In this document: piece after piece, positions 1-12,130 of the stretch
How positions within the stretch are numbered: position 1 is the stretch's first letter
Layout: each line of letters begins with the position of its first letter
Program-made: the position numbers and the translations under genes
The notes under the pieces: model-generated
Told to the model about the DNA's origin: nothing
Seen by the model: only the letters and a program-made list of their open reading frames with translations
The model's database searches: none
Assembly (NCBI RefSeq): GCF_963921235.1
Contig: NC_086097.1
Span: 195,612,001 to 195,676,000 of the forward strand
Origin: Mobula hypostoma
Taxonomy: Eukaryota
Direction of reading: 5' to 3'
DNA length: 64,000 nucleotides

Positions 1-848
1 GTGCACCCTGGTACATTTCAAATCATAATCAGGGAATTCAATCAGGCTTGCTTGAAGAAATCTCTGCCCAGTTACCATGAACATATAACCTGTATCATCA
101 GAAGTCCCAACAAACTAGAACACTGCTATACTATGATGAAGAATGCCTTTCATTCCATGCCCTAAACACATTTTGGGAAGGCTGATCACTTAACAAGTCT
201 CCAGAAATAAGGACAACAAAAAGGTGTCCGCTGCAGGCAGAGGAGATGGTATGAGATTGCTTTGAGTTGGTGGACTCTACGTTTCCAAGGACTCAATGAG
301 TCAATGAATCACAACGGTTTTCACAGTCGTGGATGAACGTGTTCCCACGAAATCATTCAAAGTCTTCCCCAACCAGAAGCTCTGGATGAACCATGAGATC
401 TGCAATCTGCTGAGGGCTAGATCAGAGGCATTCTGGTTTGTCCACCAAGTAAGATACAAGAGATCCAGGAATAATCTCAGGAAAGCCAGCTCACGGGTGA
501 AGTGGCAATTCCAGACTATCCTTGAATCAGTAAAGGATACTTGACAGCTGTGGCAGCAGGATTGAATGCTATTACTTTGTACAAAATGAAATCAAGCGAC
601 ATAGGTGATAACAGGGCTTCACTCTCAGATGAGCTCAATGTCTTCTGTTCTCACTGACTATAAAAATATGGAGGATTTTTCATAAACTCTACAGACCCTG
701 ATGACCCTGTGATTTCAGTCTCTGAGGCTGACATGAGAGCATCCTTCAGGAGGATGAACCCCCAGAAAGTATCCAGCACAGACGGGGTACCTGGCCAAGT
801 ATTAAAGACCTGTGCTGATCATATGGCTGGAATGTTCGCCAATATCTT

Positions 849-886
849 TAGTCCTGACAAAGGGTCTCAGCCTGAAACGTTGACTG
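849..886 (+). ncRNA. Minimal type-I hammerhead ribozyme motif, degenerate
   Basis: TAGTC-CTGACAA-AGGGTCTCAGCCT-GAAA-CGTT-GACTG; core G8 and cleavage-site C are changed, consistent with CpG decay. Confidence 0.6.
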
Positions 887-984
887 TACCTCTTCCTAGA
901 GATGCTGCCTGGCCTGCTGTGTTCACCAGCAACTTTTATGTGTGTTGCTTGAATTTCCAGCATCTGCAGAATTCCTGTTGTTTG
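851..984 (+). mobile_element. Solo Penelope-like pseudo-LTR insertion inside the Rex/Babar copy
   Basis: Matches the terminal sequence of the GIY-YIG elements at 40.9 kb and 61.9 kb; flanked by TCTTTA duplication (845-850 / 985-990). Confidence 0.85.
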
Positions 985-1904
985 TCTTTAACCTCTCGCT
1001 TCTGCAGTCTGACATACCCACGTGCTTCAAATTGGCCAAACGATGCCGACTTCTCTCGATCCTTCACTTCAATGAATTCTTCACTGGGAGAGTGATTAAT
1101 ATTCATTGTTGCCGGTTACATAACACAACCTTGTATGGAAGCACCAGTGCTCCTGAATGGAAAATCCTGCAATAAGTAGTGAATATGGCGCAGTCCATCA
1201 CGAGTAAAGACATCCCCTCCACGGAGTACATCTACAGGGAGCACTGTAGCATCTATCAGCAACGATCCCCACTACCCAGGACATGCTCTGTTTTAACTGC
1301 TGCCATCGAGAAGAAAGTACAGGAGCCTCAGGATTCTTGCCACCAGATTCAGGAATAGTTGTTATCCCTCAACAACAAGGCTCTTGAACCAGTAGGGATA
1401 ACCACTCAACTTCCCATCACTGAACTGTTCTCCAAACCTATGGACTCACTTTCAAGGACTCTTCATCTCATATTCTTGTTATTTATTGCTTATTTTTCCA
1501 TTATTATTTTTTCTTTTATTCTTTTCTTTATGCAGTTTTTTCTTTTGCACATTAGTTGTTTGTCCACCCTATTGAGTGCAGTCTTTCATTGATTCGATTA
1601 TGTTTCTTGAATTTACAGAGTATGCCAAGAACAAAACAGATCTTAGAGTTATATATGGTGACATATATGTGATAATAAATTCACTTTGAACATTGAACAT
1701 TTTAGTCCCTCAATGATTCTTCCTCAAAGCAGTTTTTTAGGGATTTTGCTTTAATTGCTATTACTCTTTAATTGCCATAGAAACTAGAGAAGATGTTGAT
1801 TTACTTTTGTACCTTTATAAGTAGTGCTTGCTAAGTGACAGGTAAATGATTGAACCTAATACTTGTGTAAGCAGGCAACTGTGCTTATGGACTGTTGTTG
1901 ACAT

Positions 1905-2467
1905 GCCAGCAGACATCAGGAGGATTAACCCATGAAAAGCTTGTGGCCCAGACGGGATACCTGGCCAAGTACTAAAGACTTGTGCTGATCAGCTGGAGTG
2001 TTCACTGAGATATTTAACTTCTCACTTCTGCAATCTGAGGTGCCCAATTGCTTCGAGCAGGTCTCAATTATACTGGTGCCTAAGAAGAATGGTGACCTGC
2101 CTCAATGTCTATTGTCCAGTAGCACTTACATCCACAGTCAAGAAGTGTTTTGAGAGGCTGGGGATGAAATATATCAACCCCAGCCTGAGAGGCGACTTGG
2201 ATCTACTTCAATTTGCTTACTGCTGCAGCAGGTCCTCAGCAGATGCCACATTATTGGCACTTCACTCAACCTTGGAACATCTTAACAGCAAAGATACATC
2301 TATCACGATGCTCTTTATCGACTATAGTTCGGCATTTAATACCATCATCCCCTCAAACCTAATAAATAAACGTCAAGACCTTGGCCTCCATACCCCATCA
2401 CTGAAATGTTCCCACAACCCTTATTTTCAATAACTCTTTATCTCATGTTCTCAACATTTATTGCTTA

Positions 2468-2508
<41 letters not shown>

Positions 2509-2650
2509 TCTTTCTTTTTTGTATTTGCACAGTTTGTTGTCTTTTGCACATTGGTTGAATGCCCAAGTTAGTGTGGTCTTTCATTGATTCTATTATGGTT
2601 AATATTCTGTCATGAATTTATTGATTATACGTGCAAGAAAATGAATCTCA
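1905..2650 (+). mobile_element. Rex1/Babar LINE fragment (RT domains plus 3' UTR)
   Basis: ORF 2089-2433 YCPVALTSTVKKCFERL...LQFAY...[15 protein letters not shown]. Confidence 0.85.
2471..2508 (+). repeat. (TTA)n microsatellite within LINE 3' UTR
   Basis: About 12 TTA units read directly. Confidence 0.95.
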
Positions 2651-2724
2651 GTAATCAAAGGCAATTTTTGTTTTGATTGTTTTGTGGACTTCAGAATGGT
2701 TAAGTTGAGGGAACACAAAGATTT

Positions 2725-3392
2725 TTAGTCCTCCTCGAGAGATCAGAAGTGGAAAGGGTGAACAGTTTCAAATTTCTGGATGCCAGCATCTCTTAAGATC
2801 TATACTGGGCCCAACATATGGATGGAATTACAAAGAAAGCATGGCAGCAGCTATATTTCATTTGTGGAGTTTGAGAAGCCTTTGGTATATCACCAAAGCC
2901 TCTTGTAAGTTTCTGCAGATGTACCAAGGAGAGCATTTTAACTGGTTGCATCACCATCTGATATGGAGGGGCCAGTGCACAGGATCAACAAAAGCTGCAG
3001 AAAGTTGAAAACTCAGCAAGCTTCATCATAGGCACTATCCTCCCCAGCATCCAGGGTACCTTCAAAAGGTGATGCCATGAAAAGGCTACATCCATTATTG
3101 TGGACCCCTTCACCCATGCCCTATTCTCATTCCTACCGTCAAAGAGGAGGTACATACAGAACCCTGATGACACACATTCAGTATTTCAGGAACAGCTTCT
3201 TCCCTTCCACCATCAGATTTCTGAATGAACAATGAACCCATGGACATTACCTCTCATTTTCTGCACAACTTATTTCATTTAATTTTTATGAATACTTACT
3301 GTAATTTATAACTTTTTTTATTATTATGTATTTCAACGTACTAAATTTCACAATGTATGCCAGTGATATTAAACCTGATTCTGAATCTGATT
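2725..3392 (+). mobile_element. Rex1/Babar LINE 3' fragment
   Basis: ESILTGCITIxYGG-type C-terminus; tail GATATTAAACCTGATTCTGAATCTGA. Confidence 0.85.
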
Positions 3393-5059
3393 TTCATTAC
3401 ACCAATACAGGTATGTCAATGAAAGTTGTAATTATACTCTATTTTCCAACAATGACAACAACTTTATTGACACAGAGATATTTCACACATCCAAAGTAAC
3501 TGATGAATGTTATTATTATGTGGAATTTTGAGTTACAGGCTTCTTCAAATGACAAAAGTACTGTTTCATCCTTTTTAGAGAAGACATGTCTCTTTAAGAA
3601 GGTTGATATTTTTACATCATATAATCTGGTACCTTGCTATACTTTGACAAATGAATATATTTTTCTTAGTCAACTAGGAAGAGCTGGCTGTTATTTTAAC
3701 ACATTTGTCACCTTTACCCTAAGGCAGCTGGTTATGATGCTGCAGGCACATAAATGCAGCCAAAACATGTCCTCCGTTGTGATTTATATCATCAACAGAA
3801 GGAATGATTCATCAGCTGCAAGTTGGGAGTTTTGTGCTTTGAAGGCTGGATAGATCAGCACCAGTAAATTCAATGCTTGAACAACTCTACATCAGAAAAT
3901 CTAATAAACAGTGGAAATTTAATGGAAGACAAATCAGGCATGTTAATGTAAGTTTATTAGATGTTTTAGGACACCTTAAGATGGTATTCATGATGTGTGT
4001 ATACACTACCATAATGTGCACTGGACAATATCTTTTAAACTGCTTGTATGCACACTTTGACATAGGCATGGTAATGTCTTGCTAATGTCACAAGTTTGGA
4101 AATCCAATTCCATTATACATACATCAGCTCAGTTTTTCAACCATCACAGGGTATATGTCTCACCCATAAGGCCACTATTTATGGCCCATTCATAACACCT
4201 CTTTAGAAGTTGATGGGGTGCTTTGTTCAACTGCTGCAGGTCAGTTGTTAATCTGGGGTAAGGCAAGAAACCTGGGTTATTCTCCCCAGAGCAGAGAAAG
4301 TTAGGAGAAATTTGACAAAGGTTCTCAAAATCATGCATTGTTTTATGGGATAATTAGAGAGTAACTGTCATTAATGGCTGAAAAATCAGTTAACAAATTA
4401 TGCAAATTTAATATAACTGACAAAGGAACTAGAGGATGCTTTTGGAAAGAAAATAGTTTTAGTGTAGCACTCACGATCTGAAAAGTGTTGAAGCAACAAT
4501 GATCGGTATTGAGTTGATTGGTCTTGAGCAATTTTTGCAAATGAAACTAGGATAAAATGTTCTCCTTAAAGAATTCATCATCCCTGTGAAACGACTAATA
4601 AGTTATTTTGAACTTGGGAGTTTGCTGTTTCTATCAGTGAGTCTGTGCTGTGCTTTCCATACTAACGTGATCCTTCTTACTGTGATCTCCCTGGTAGGAT
4701 CCAATGAGTCGATTGCCAGATGAAGTTCGCTGAAAGAACCCTAGAGTTACAATGGATGTTAATTTTAATATTCATCGTTACAGACACTCTTACATAAGTT
4801 CCTACAAAAAGTCCTACTTTTTGTTTCCTCAGAGATATGTAATTCTAGCTAGTTCCAGATTCCTTGTTCGGAGTCAAACAAGGATAGCACTTCCACTTAG
4901 TGCCATCCTGTACCTAAGTTCTCCTTGGGACAATAAACTTATCAACAGTAATGATGTCAATGAAGACTATACCAACATTTCTCATCAATTAGTCTTGCAA
5001 ATCAGGACATAATTACCTGTAATCCAACATACTGACCAATCAGGGTTCCTTAAGATTGT

Positions 5060-5490
5060 CATAGTCGAGAGGGTAGTAATGGGGACAAGTTCCCACTACC
5101 TATTAAATGATCCCAATGGCACACATCTCAAATAGCCTCTGACAACCAAGTCCAGCTCCTGGCCTTCACATGTGGCTTAGCTATTAAGCCCAGCGAAACC
5201 ATTCCTACTGACAGGAGAAGGGACAAAGGAAGATTCCCGGTGCCTTCAGGCAGATGGGGCTCACCAGCCGTGTTTGGAGTTTATCTAGGAGAATGAAAAC
5301 TCTGATCTCAAACCTCTGCTGCCTTGTGGCTATACCCACTTATGGGTAAGGCTTTGGGAATAAACACCAAGGAAAAGTCTGGAGACTGAGTCCCAAAGGC
5401 AGCCCTACATTGACCTGGCTTGTGTATCATGTAAGTACCTAGGGCACAACGTCCATTGTTGACCTTAACTAACGGAAGGCCTCAATAAAT
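5060..5490 (+). mobile_element. Short non-coding RTE-like element (structured 5' region joined to a short 3' tail)
   Basis: Hairpin-rich head; tail CCATTGTTGACCTTAACTAACGGAAGGCCT resembles the SINE tails at 34.56 and 52.95 kb; no ORF. Confidence 0.45.
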
Positions 5491-5534
5491 ACATATCACA
5501 GTTTCAGGTTTGACAAGTACTTCATTGTTAATTA

Positions 5535-5742
5535 CATAACATAAGAATATAAGAAGAGTAGAAATTAAAACGAAGGCCATTTGGCTCCTCAAGTCTAACC
5601 CCTCTTACAACAATGTCCATATTATTTCTGCAGCTCAAATCCATATACGATGATCTATAACAATATCCCTCATTACCTTGGCACCCAAAATCTATAACTC
5701 CAAACTTCATTATACTCAGTAACTGATCATTCATAACCTCCT
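5535..5742 (-). mobile_element. CR1 3' end fragment
   Basis: Reverse complement reads as CR1 C-terminus (..GNEGY..) and 3' UTR ending in TTCTTATG-like repeats. Confidence 0.6.
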
Positions 5743-5747
5743 AAAAG

Positions 5748-7050
5748 AAGCTTAAGGTACAGGAACCTTTAGGAGAATGTGATCATAATGTAATAGAGGG
5801 AGAACTGAAATCAGATGTATCAGTATTACAGTTGAGTAAAAGAAACTAGAGAGGCAAGAGAGCAGAGATGGCCAAAGTTGATTGGTAGGGGGCACTAGCG
5901 GGGTGACAGTGGAGCAGCAAAGGTACGAGTTTCTGAGAGTAACTCAGTTGACAGGGATCATTTCATCCCAAAGAAGAGGAAGTATTCTAAAGTGAGGATG
6001 AAATAATCATGACTGGCAAGGGAAGTCAAAAGCAGTATGAAAATAAAAAAAGGCAAATAATATTGCAAAAATTTGTGGAAAACTAGGAAGCTTTTAAAAG
6101 CCAACATGAGGAAACTGTAATAACAAAAGGGAAGAGAAGGTGAAATGTGAAGGGAAGCGAGCCAATAATATGAAAGAGGATACAAGAAGCTTTTTTAGAT
6201 ATATAAAGAGTAAAACAGAAAAACAGAGGGAAAAGTGGACATTAGTCACTGGAAATGACACAGTGGAAGTAGCAATGAGGAACAAAGAAATGGTGGATGA
6301 ACTGAATAAGTATTTTGTATCAGTTTTCACTGTGGAATACACTAACAAATGCTAGAAATTCAAGAGATTCATGGAGCAAAAGTGAGTGTAGTCACTATTA
6401 CTACAGAGAAGGTGCTTGGGATGCTGAAAGGTCCGAAGCTGGATAAGTCATCTGGACTAGATGGACCATACCCAAAGTTCTGAAAGATGGTAGCTGAAAA
6501 GATTGTGGAGACATTAGTAGTGATCTTTCAAGAATAACTAGAGTCATGAATTGTTTGGGTTTTGGGTACTTGATCCTCCACAATATTCCGCGTGGGAATT
6601 TAAACTGGAATTGGCAGTGTTTTTTTTTACGAGGTCGGGTTGCGAGCTCGACATCAACCTGGCATGGATGAAGAGCACACTCAGGAGTGGTCTGTCACTG
6701 GATCGAACTCAGGAACCTCCGTTCTCGAGCCCGGCGCTGATCTCACTGCGCCATCAGCCGACCGGGAAATAGTAAACTACTAATGTCACTCCACTGTGTA
6801 GGAAGGTATGGATGCAAAAGTCAGGAAATTATAGCCCAGTTAGTTTGGTTTCAGTGGGTTGGTAAAATGTTGGTTTTGGGGTACTTGGAAGCATGTGATA
6901 AAATGGCTGAAAACAGCATGGTTTCCTTAAGGAGTGGTCTTGCCTGACATATCAGTTCAAAACCGTTGAGGAAATAGCATGTAGGATAGACAAAGCAGCA
7001 AAGCAGAATTAGTGGAATTTCAAAAGGCCTTTGATAAGATGCCGTGCTGC
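5748..7050 (+). mobile_element. CR1 LINE ORF2 fragment, degenerate, interrupted by a SINE
   Basis: ANNMKEDTRSFFRYIKSK...MVDELNKYFVSVFTVE; FQKAFDK-type motif near 7020. Confidence 0.85.
6551..6763 (-). mobile_element. tRNA-derived SINE with (CCCAAA)n tail
   Basis: Minus strand has A box TGGCGCAGTGAG, B box GAGTTCGATCC, CpG-rich body and tail ACCCAAAACCCAAAC; interrupts CR1 coding sequence. Confidence 0.75.
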
Positions 7051-7239
7051 AAAACAATAGAGAAAATTACAGGTGGGAATGAGGGCTGCGCTCTTCTGCA
7101 GAAGCTGGAATTAGGTTTTACTGTGTCAATGGTTCCTGAAGTGGAGTCACAGAGCGGTGATTCCAACTGTACAACAGAATGAAGGATATCCATGTTCAAC
7201 ATGTGGGAATTGTTCACAAGTGGAGAGCATTCCAATGCT

Positions 7240-7580
7240 CAAGATTTGTGCTCAGCAGATGGTTGAAAGACTCTGGGGTGTCAAGTGAGTCAGTTACTCA
7301 GCCTCTCTTTGCTCCTGTAGTCATGGTATTTATATAGGTGATGCAGTTAAGTTTCTGGTCACTGATGACTCTCACAATAGTGGAGAACTCAGTGATGATA
7401 AATCCGTTAAATGTTTAGGGCTGGTGATTCAACTGTCTCTCATTGGAGATGGTCATGCCAGGAATTTTTGGAACAGCCTTTCTTTGATCTGTGTAGGTCT
7501 CACTCCACAAAGGTAGGCACAGAGCTCCTCCATTCTGAGTAGTTTTCAATGGAATTAGGCATTGCACAATCATTAATGAA
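7240..7580 (-). mobile_element. Old CR1/L2-group LINE RT C-terminal relic
   Basis: Degenerate coding-like sequence resembling the region upstream of the LINE copy at 38.27 kb. Confidence 0.4.
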
Positions 7581-8135
7581 CTTTTACTGCAAGCTTTTGT
7601 TCCTCTTGTACTCCAGGTCTGTTGAAATAAAGATTAAAACACCATTCACCTTCCTAACTGTTTGGTGTATCTGAATGCTTTGCCTGAACACCTGACCCAA
7701 GCAGATCTTGAATTAATACAATGTTTTGAAAACCCAAAAACTTAAAAATTCACATATCTGGGAAACATTTTAAGAACTGAGCTGTTCTCGGGACTCAGTA
7801 GCTGGAATTGGACTGGAAGTTTGCACAAGTGCCCTCTTACTGCTCAGATACTACATACCCTAGCTCCCATTGATCTGTTTTTCTCATCCAATTGAAACTT
7901 TTGAAATCTGTTATCCATCTTTATTTCTACAATCTTTCCATCAATGTATTTTTAGACTCTACATGGCCTAGTTTTTGAAGTTCTTTGACAGTATCTCCCA
8001 TCTCTTATCCAATTTATACTTTTGTTTTTCTGTTGAGTTGTTTCTGATGTTAGGTGCCCATGACGCTGCTGCAGTTAAGTTTTTCAATGCACCTCATATA
8101 TATGTACTTGTAGATATGACAATAAACTTGACTTT

Positions 8136-8335
8136 AGAAAATAGAACATAGAAAACCTACAGCACAATACAAGCCCTTCGGCCCACAAAGCTGTGCTGAA
8201 CATGGCCCTGCCTTAGAAATTAGTATGCTTACCTATAGCCCCCTATTTTTCTAAGCTCCATGTACCTATCTAAATGTCTCTTAAAAGACCCTATCGTATT
8301 CGCATCTACCATTGTCGCCAGCCCATTCCACGCAC
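8136..8335 (-). mobile_element. CR1 3' end fragment
   Basis: Near-identical to the 3' ends at 28957 and 40050-40134 (TTCTATG tail). Confidence 0.85.
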
Positions 8336-8934
8336 TTTTTCTCTTTTTTATATATTTTTTTCAAGTCCTCGCCTCTCTGGCTTTGCAATACCCAAACGAG
8401 GCATCTTCATGAGCCTCTCACCAGCTCCAAGTTAGGCTCTGGCATCAGGGTATTGGAGCACTAGGAATTTTCAACCATAAACGCACCTAGCACTTCCGAG
8501 GGAACCACCATACACTGGGTCAGTCCGGGGCTACCCATTTCCCCTCCATCCTAAGCCATATTTTCAAAAAAAATAATAATCAGATATGATAGTTCTATCT
8601 TTGATCAGCGACATCATCAATAATCTAACAGCCCTGCTGTTACTCTACTCCAGGATGGTTACGGATTACATCTGACTGCCACCGCACCACCACCTCCGAA
8701 CACTTACCATCGTCACCCATTCTCGATGTAAAGGACTTGCCTCACTTCCGCTCCGGCAAATATCGCAGAACCTTGACATTTGAAATAGTCTCTCATGACC
8801 TGGTGGTTTATTTATTAATTCAGCCACGCTACACCTGACAACCACAATTAACCCTAACCTAAATACGGCATAGCTTTACAATGACCAATTAAACTACCCT
8901 GTATGTTGAGAGAGGAAGCTACGTACAGGTCGGG

Positions 8935-10876
8935 GTGAGAGATTTGAAAAGGAGCATTCACAGGCTTTTGGCTTTTTCCAACGTCCCAATCAAATTGCAA
9001 TTCATTAGCAAGGGCAACTGAAAATAAGGTAGTGATAAATGAAGCAGCAAATGTTCAGGTGGACCAGTGTTAGAGCGGAGAGGCTTTGGCTCAAAAGACT
9101 TGGATGAGGTAACTTTCTGGTAAGTTTCTTCTTCTCCATTCTTGATCAGTTGGTGCAGTGAGAATGGCTCCAGTTGCTGTGTTGTGTTCTTTGTGTGAGA
9201 TGTGGGAATTCTGGGAGTCCTCCAGCCTCCCAGATAACCACACCTGCATCAAGTGCACTGAGCTGCAGCACCCCAGAGAACGTTTAAGAAACTGTAGCTG
9301 CAGCTCAATGATCATTGGCTCATACGGACGCTAAGGAGGTGATAGATAGGAGCTACAGGAATGTATTCAACCCTAAGTTGCAGGAGGCAGGTAACTGGGT
9401 GACTGTCAAGAGAGGCAATGGAAATGGGCAGCTGGTGCTGAGTACCCCTGTGGCAGTTCCCCTCAATAATATGAAAATCGCTTTGGATATTGTTTGGGGG
9501 GGGGATGGCCTACCTGTGAGGATCCACAGGGACTGGATCTCTGGCACTGAGTCCAGCCTGTGACTCAAAAGGGAAGTGGCAAGAAGACAACTGCAGTAGT
9601 GTTAGGGGACTGCATAGTTAGACAGTAGACACAAGATTTTGTGGACATGAAAGAGACAGCTAACTGATATGTTGCCTTCTAGATGCCAGGGTCAGGGGTG
9701 TCTCAGATCAGGTCCACAGCATTCTAAAGAGGGAGGATGAGCAGCCAGAAGTCTTGGCACCAGGTAGGAAAAGGAAGGAGATCCTGAAGAAAAGCAGGAC
9801 CTCCAGGGTAGTAAACCTCTGGATTGCTGCCTGTGCCACACACCACTGAGGGTAAGAATAGGCTGATATGGCAGATGAAGGTGTGGTTGAGGAACTGTTG
9901 CAGAGGCAGGGCTTCAGATTTCTGGATCGTTGGGATCTCTTCTGGGGAAGGGACGTAGTATATTTGATCAGGAGGGGAAACAATATCCTTGTAGGCAGGT
10001 TTTCTAGAGCTGGTGGTGAGGGTTTAAGCTAATTTTGCAGGGGGATGGGAACCAGAGTGATAATGCTGAAGATGGGCCAGTTGGTATACAACTAGATGGA
10101 GTATTCAGTGAGACTGCCAGGACAGAGAGCAGATAATAGGGCAAAATTGCAGTCAGTGGGTTGAGATGAAGTGTAATATGGGGTCAAAATCAAAAAGGGT
10201 GATGAATACAGTACTGAATGTGTTATACTTCAGTGCATGCAATATCCAGAATAAGGTAGATGATCTTATAGCACAGTTAGAGATGGGTAGCAATGAGTCA
10301 TGGCAAAAAGAAATTCATATATGGGAGTTTAACTTCCAAGGATACACATTGTATTGAAAAGGACAAGCAGGTGAGCAGAGTGGGTGGGATGGCTCAGTTG
10401 ATAAAACATGAAATCAAATCATTAGAAAGGTGACATAGCATTAGAAGATGTAAAGTCATTGCAGGTAGAGTTAAGAAGTTACATGGGTAAAAAGACCCTT
10501 ATGGGAGTTATATGCAGGTCTCTGAACAGTAGCTTGAATATGGGCTACAAATTACAATGAGAAACAGAAAACAAATGTCAAACAACCATGTTATGACAGT
10601 CATGGGCGATTTCAATATGCAGGTAGATTGAGAAATTCAGGATCCCAAGAAAGGGAGTTTGTAGAATGCCTACAAGGTAGCTTTTTAGAGCAGCTCTTGG
10701 TTGAGCTAACTAGGAAGAAGGTTATTCTGGATGTCCACTTGGTGTTGTTTAATGAACTGGATTTGATTAAGGAGATTAAGGTAAAGGGACCTTTAGGAGA
10801 TAGTGATCGTAAAATGATAGGCTTCACCCTGGAATTTGAGAGGGAGAAGCTGAAGTCAGATGTATCAGTATTACAA
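8935..10876 (+). mobile_element. CR1 LINE 5' part: ORF1 (Cys-rich finger plus SGNH-like esterase) and start of ORF2 endonuclease, degenerate
   Basis: CSLCEMWEF..HTCIKC, GDCIVR, GFRFLDRWDLFWG, SACNIQNKVDDL, GQEREFVECLQGSFLEQL-type and GPLGDSD motifs. Confidence 0.85.
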
Positions 10877-10879
10877 TAC

Positions 10880-11022
10880 ATATAGTACCGGTGATCTGGG
10901 TTCAATTCCTGCCATTGCCTGTAAGGAGTTTATACATTCTCCCCATGAACTCATGGGCTTCCTCCAGATGCTCCCATTTCCTCCCACAGTCCAAAGACAT
11001 ACCGGTTGGTAGGTAATTGCTG
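10880..11022 (+). mobile_element. V-domain SINE (HE1-like) fragment
   Basis: B box GGTTCAATTCC then GGAGTTTATACATTCTCCCC...TTTCCTCCCACAGTCCAAAGA V-domain signature. Confidence 0.75.
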
Positions 11023-11027
11023 ATAAG

Positions 11028-11665
11028 AAGGTGCTTGAGAAGGGGACTGGTAAATTCAAAGGCACAAAGACCAGAATTGAACTGGATGAAACAGCAACAC
11101 CAAGATTACATCAAGCACGTCCAGTGCCTTGTGCACTATGTCCTAAAGTGGATGCTGAACTTCGGAAATTGGAGTTTTCTCCAATTTCTGGAATTCTCTC
11201 CAAGGTTGACTGGGGTGACTGGGTCACGCCCATTGTCCCAGTGATCAACAAAGGGAGCTATTTGCATATGTAGGGCTTCAAGGTGAGCATCACCCCAGTG
11301 CTGTGTATTGTGCAGTATTCCCTGCACGAATAGAATATATTTTTGTATCTTTGGCAATCAGGGAGAGGTTTTCAAATATTGACTTGTCAGCAGTCTATCT
11401 GCAAATGGAGACTGAGGAGTCAAGCAGGAAGTTCCTCACAATCAACACTCACAAGGGACTGTTCGAGTATAATCATCTTGTCTTTGGCATCGCATCAGCT
11501 CCAACAATTTGGTAAAGAGCCATGGACCAAATGCTCCAAGATATTCCAGGAACACAATGTTACAATGATGATATCATCGTTTCTGAGAAAAATGATGAAA
11601 AGCGCCTCCAGAACTTAAGTAAACTGCTACCAGGATGAGTGAGTTATGGTCTGCGCACAAAGAAA
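11028..11665 (+). mobile_element. Gypsy/Ty3 LTR-retrotransposon pol (RT) fragment
   Basis: ARPVPCALCPKVDAELRKLE..WVTPIVPV; FSNIDLSAVYLQM..LTINTHKGLFEYNHLVFGIASAPTIW; YNDD at the catalytic position. Confidence 0.9.
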
Positions 11666-11972
11666 GGATGTTTCCTATTATGGTGGAGTCTACAAATAGA
11701 GGGCACGGCCTCAGAATAAAGGGACATCCATTTAGAATGGAGAAGAGGAGTAATCTCTTTAGCTAGAGAGTGGTGAATCTGTGCAGTTCATTGCCACAGG
11801 CAGTTATATATTTAAAGCAGAGATTGATAGGTCCCTGAACAGTCAGGGCTTATGTGAAGAAGGCAGGAGAAAGGGGCAGAGAGGGAAAATAGATCAGCCA
11901 CAATAAAATGGCGGAGCATACTTGATGGGCTTAATGGCATAATTCTGCTCCTATCTTTTATGGTCTTATAGT
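11665..11972 (+). mobile_element. CR1 3' end fragment
   Basis: RGHGLRIKGHPFRME..; TTATGGTCTTATAG tail. Confidence 0.85.
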
Positions 11973-12130
11973 CTTTTGGTATTTGGACCATGAGAGGAAA
12001 CCAGAGTACCTGGGGAAAACCCATGCTTTCCATGGGGAGGACATACAGAGAGTCCTTACAGATGGCGCCAGAATTGAACTCCGAACTCTGACACCACGAG
12101 ATGCAGTAGCATTACACTACCATGGCACCC
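11973..12130 (-). mobile_element. V-domain SINE fragment
   Basis: Reverse complement of GAGGAAACCAGAGTACCTGGGGAAAACCCA V-domain and tRNA-like head. Confidence 0.65.

Larger units (their letters stand above)
1..1700 (+). mobile_element. Rex1/Babar-type LINE, degenerate (endonuclease end, RT-proximal region, 3' end)
   Basis: ORF pieces VFPNQKLWMN and FRRMNPQKVSSTDGVPGQVLKTCADHMAGMFANIF; 3' tail GATAATAAATTCACTTTGAAC near 1670-1698; many stops and frameshifts. Confidence 0.85.

Noticed and set aside
8845..8862. TTAACCCTAACCTAA as an interstitial telomeric repeat
   Set aside because: Only about two imperfect units inside a SINE-like remnant
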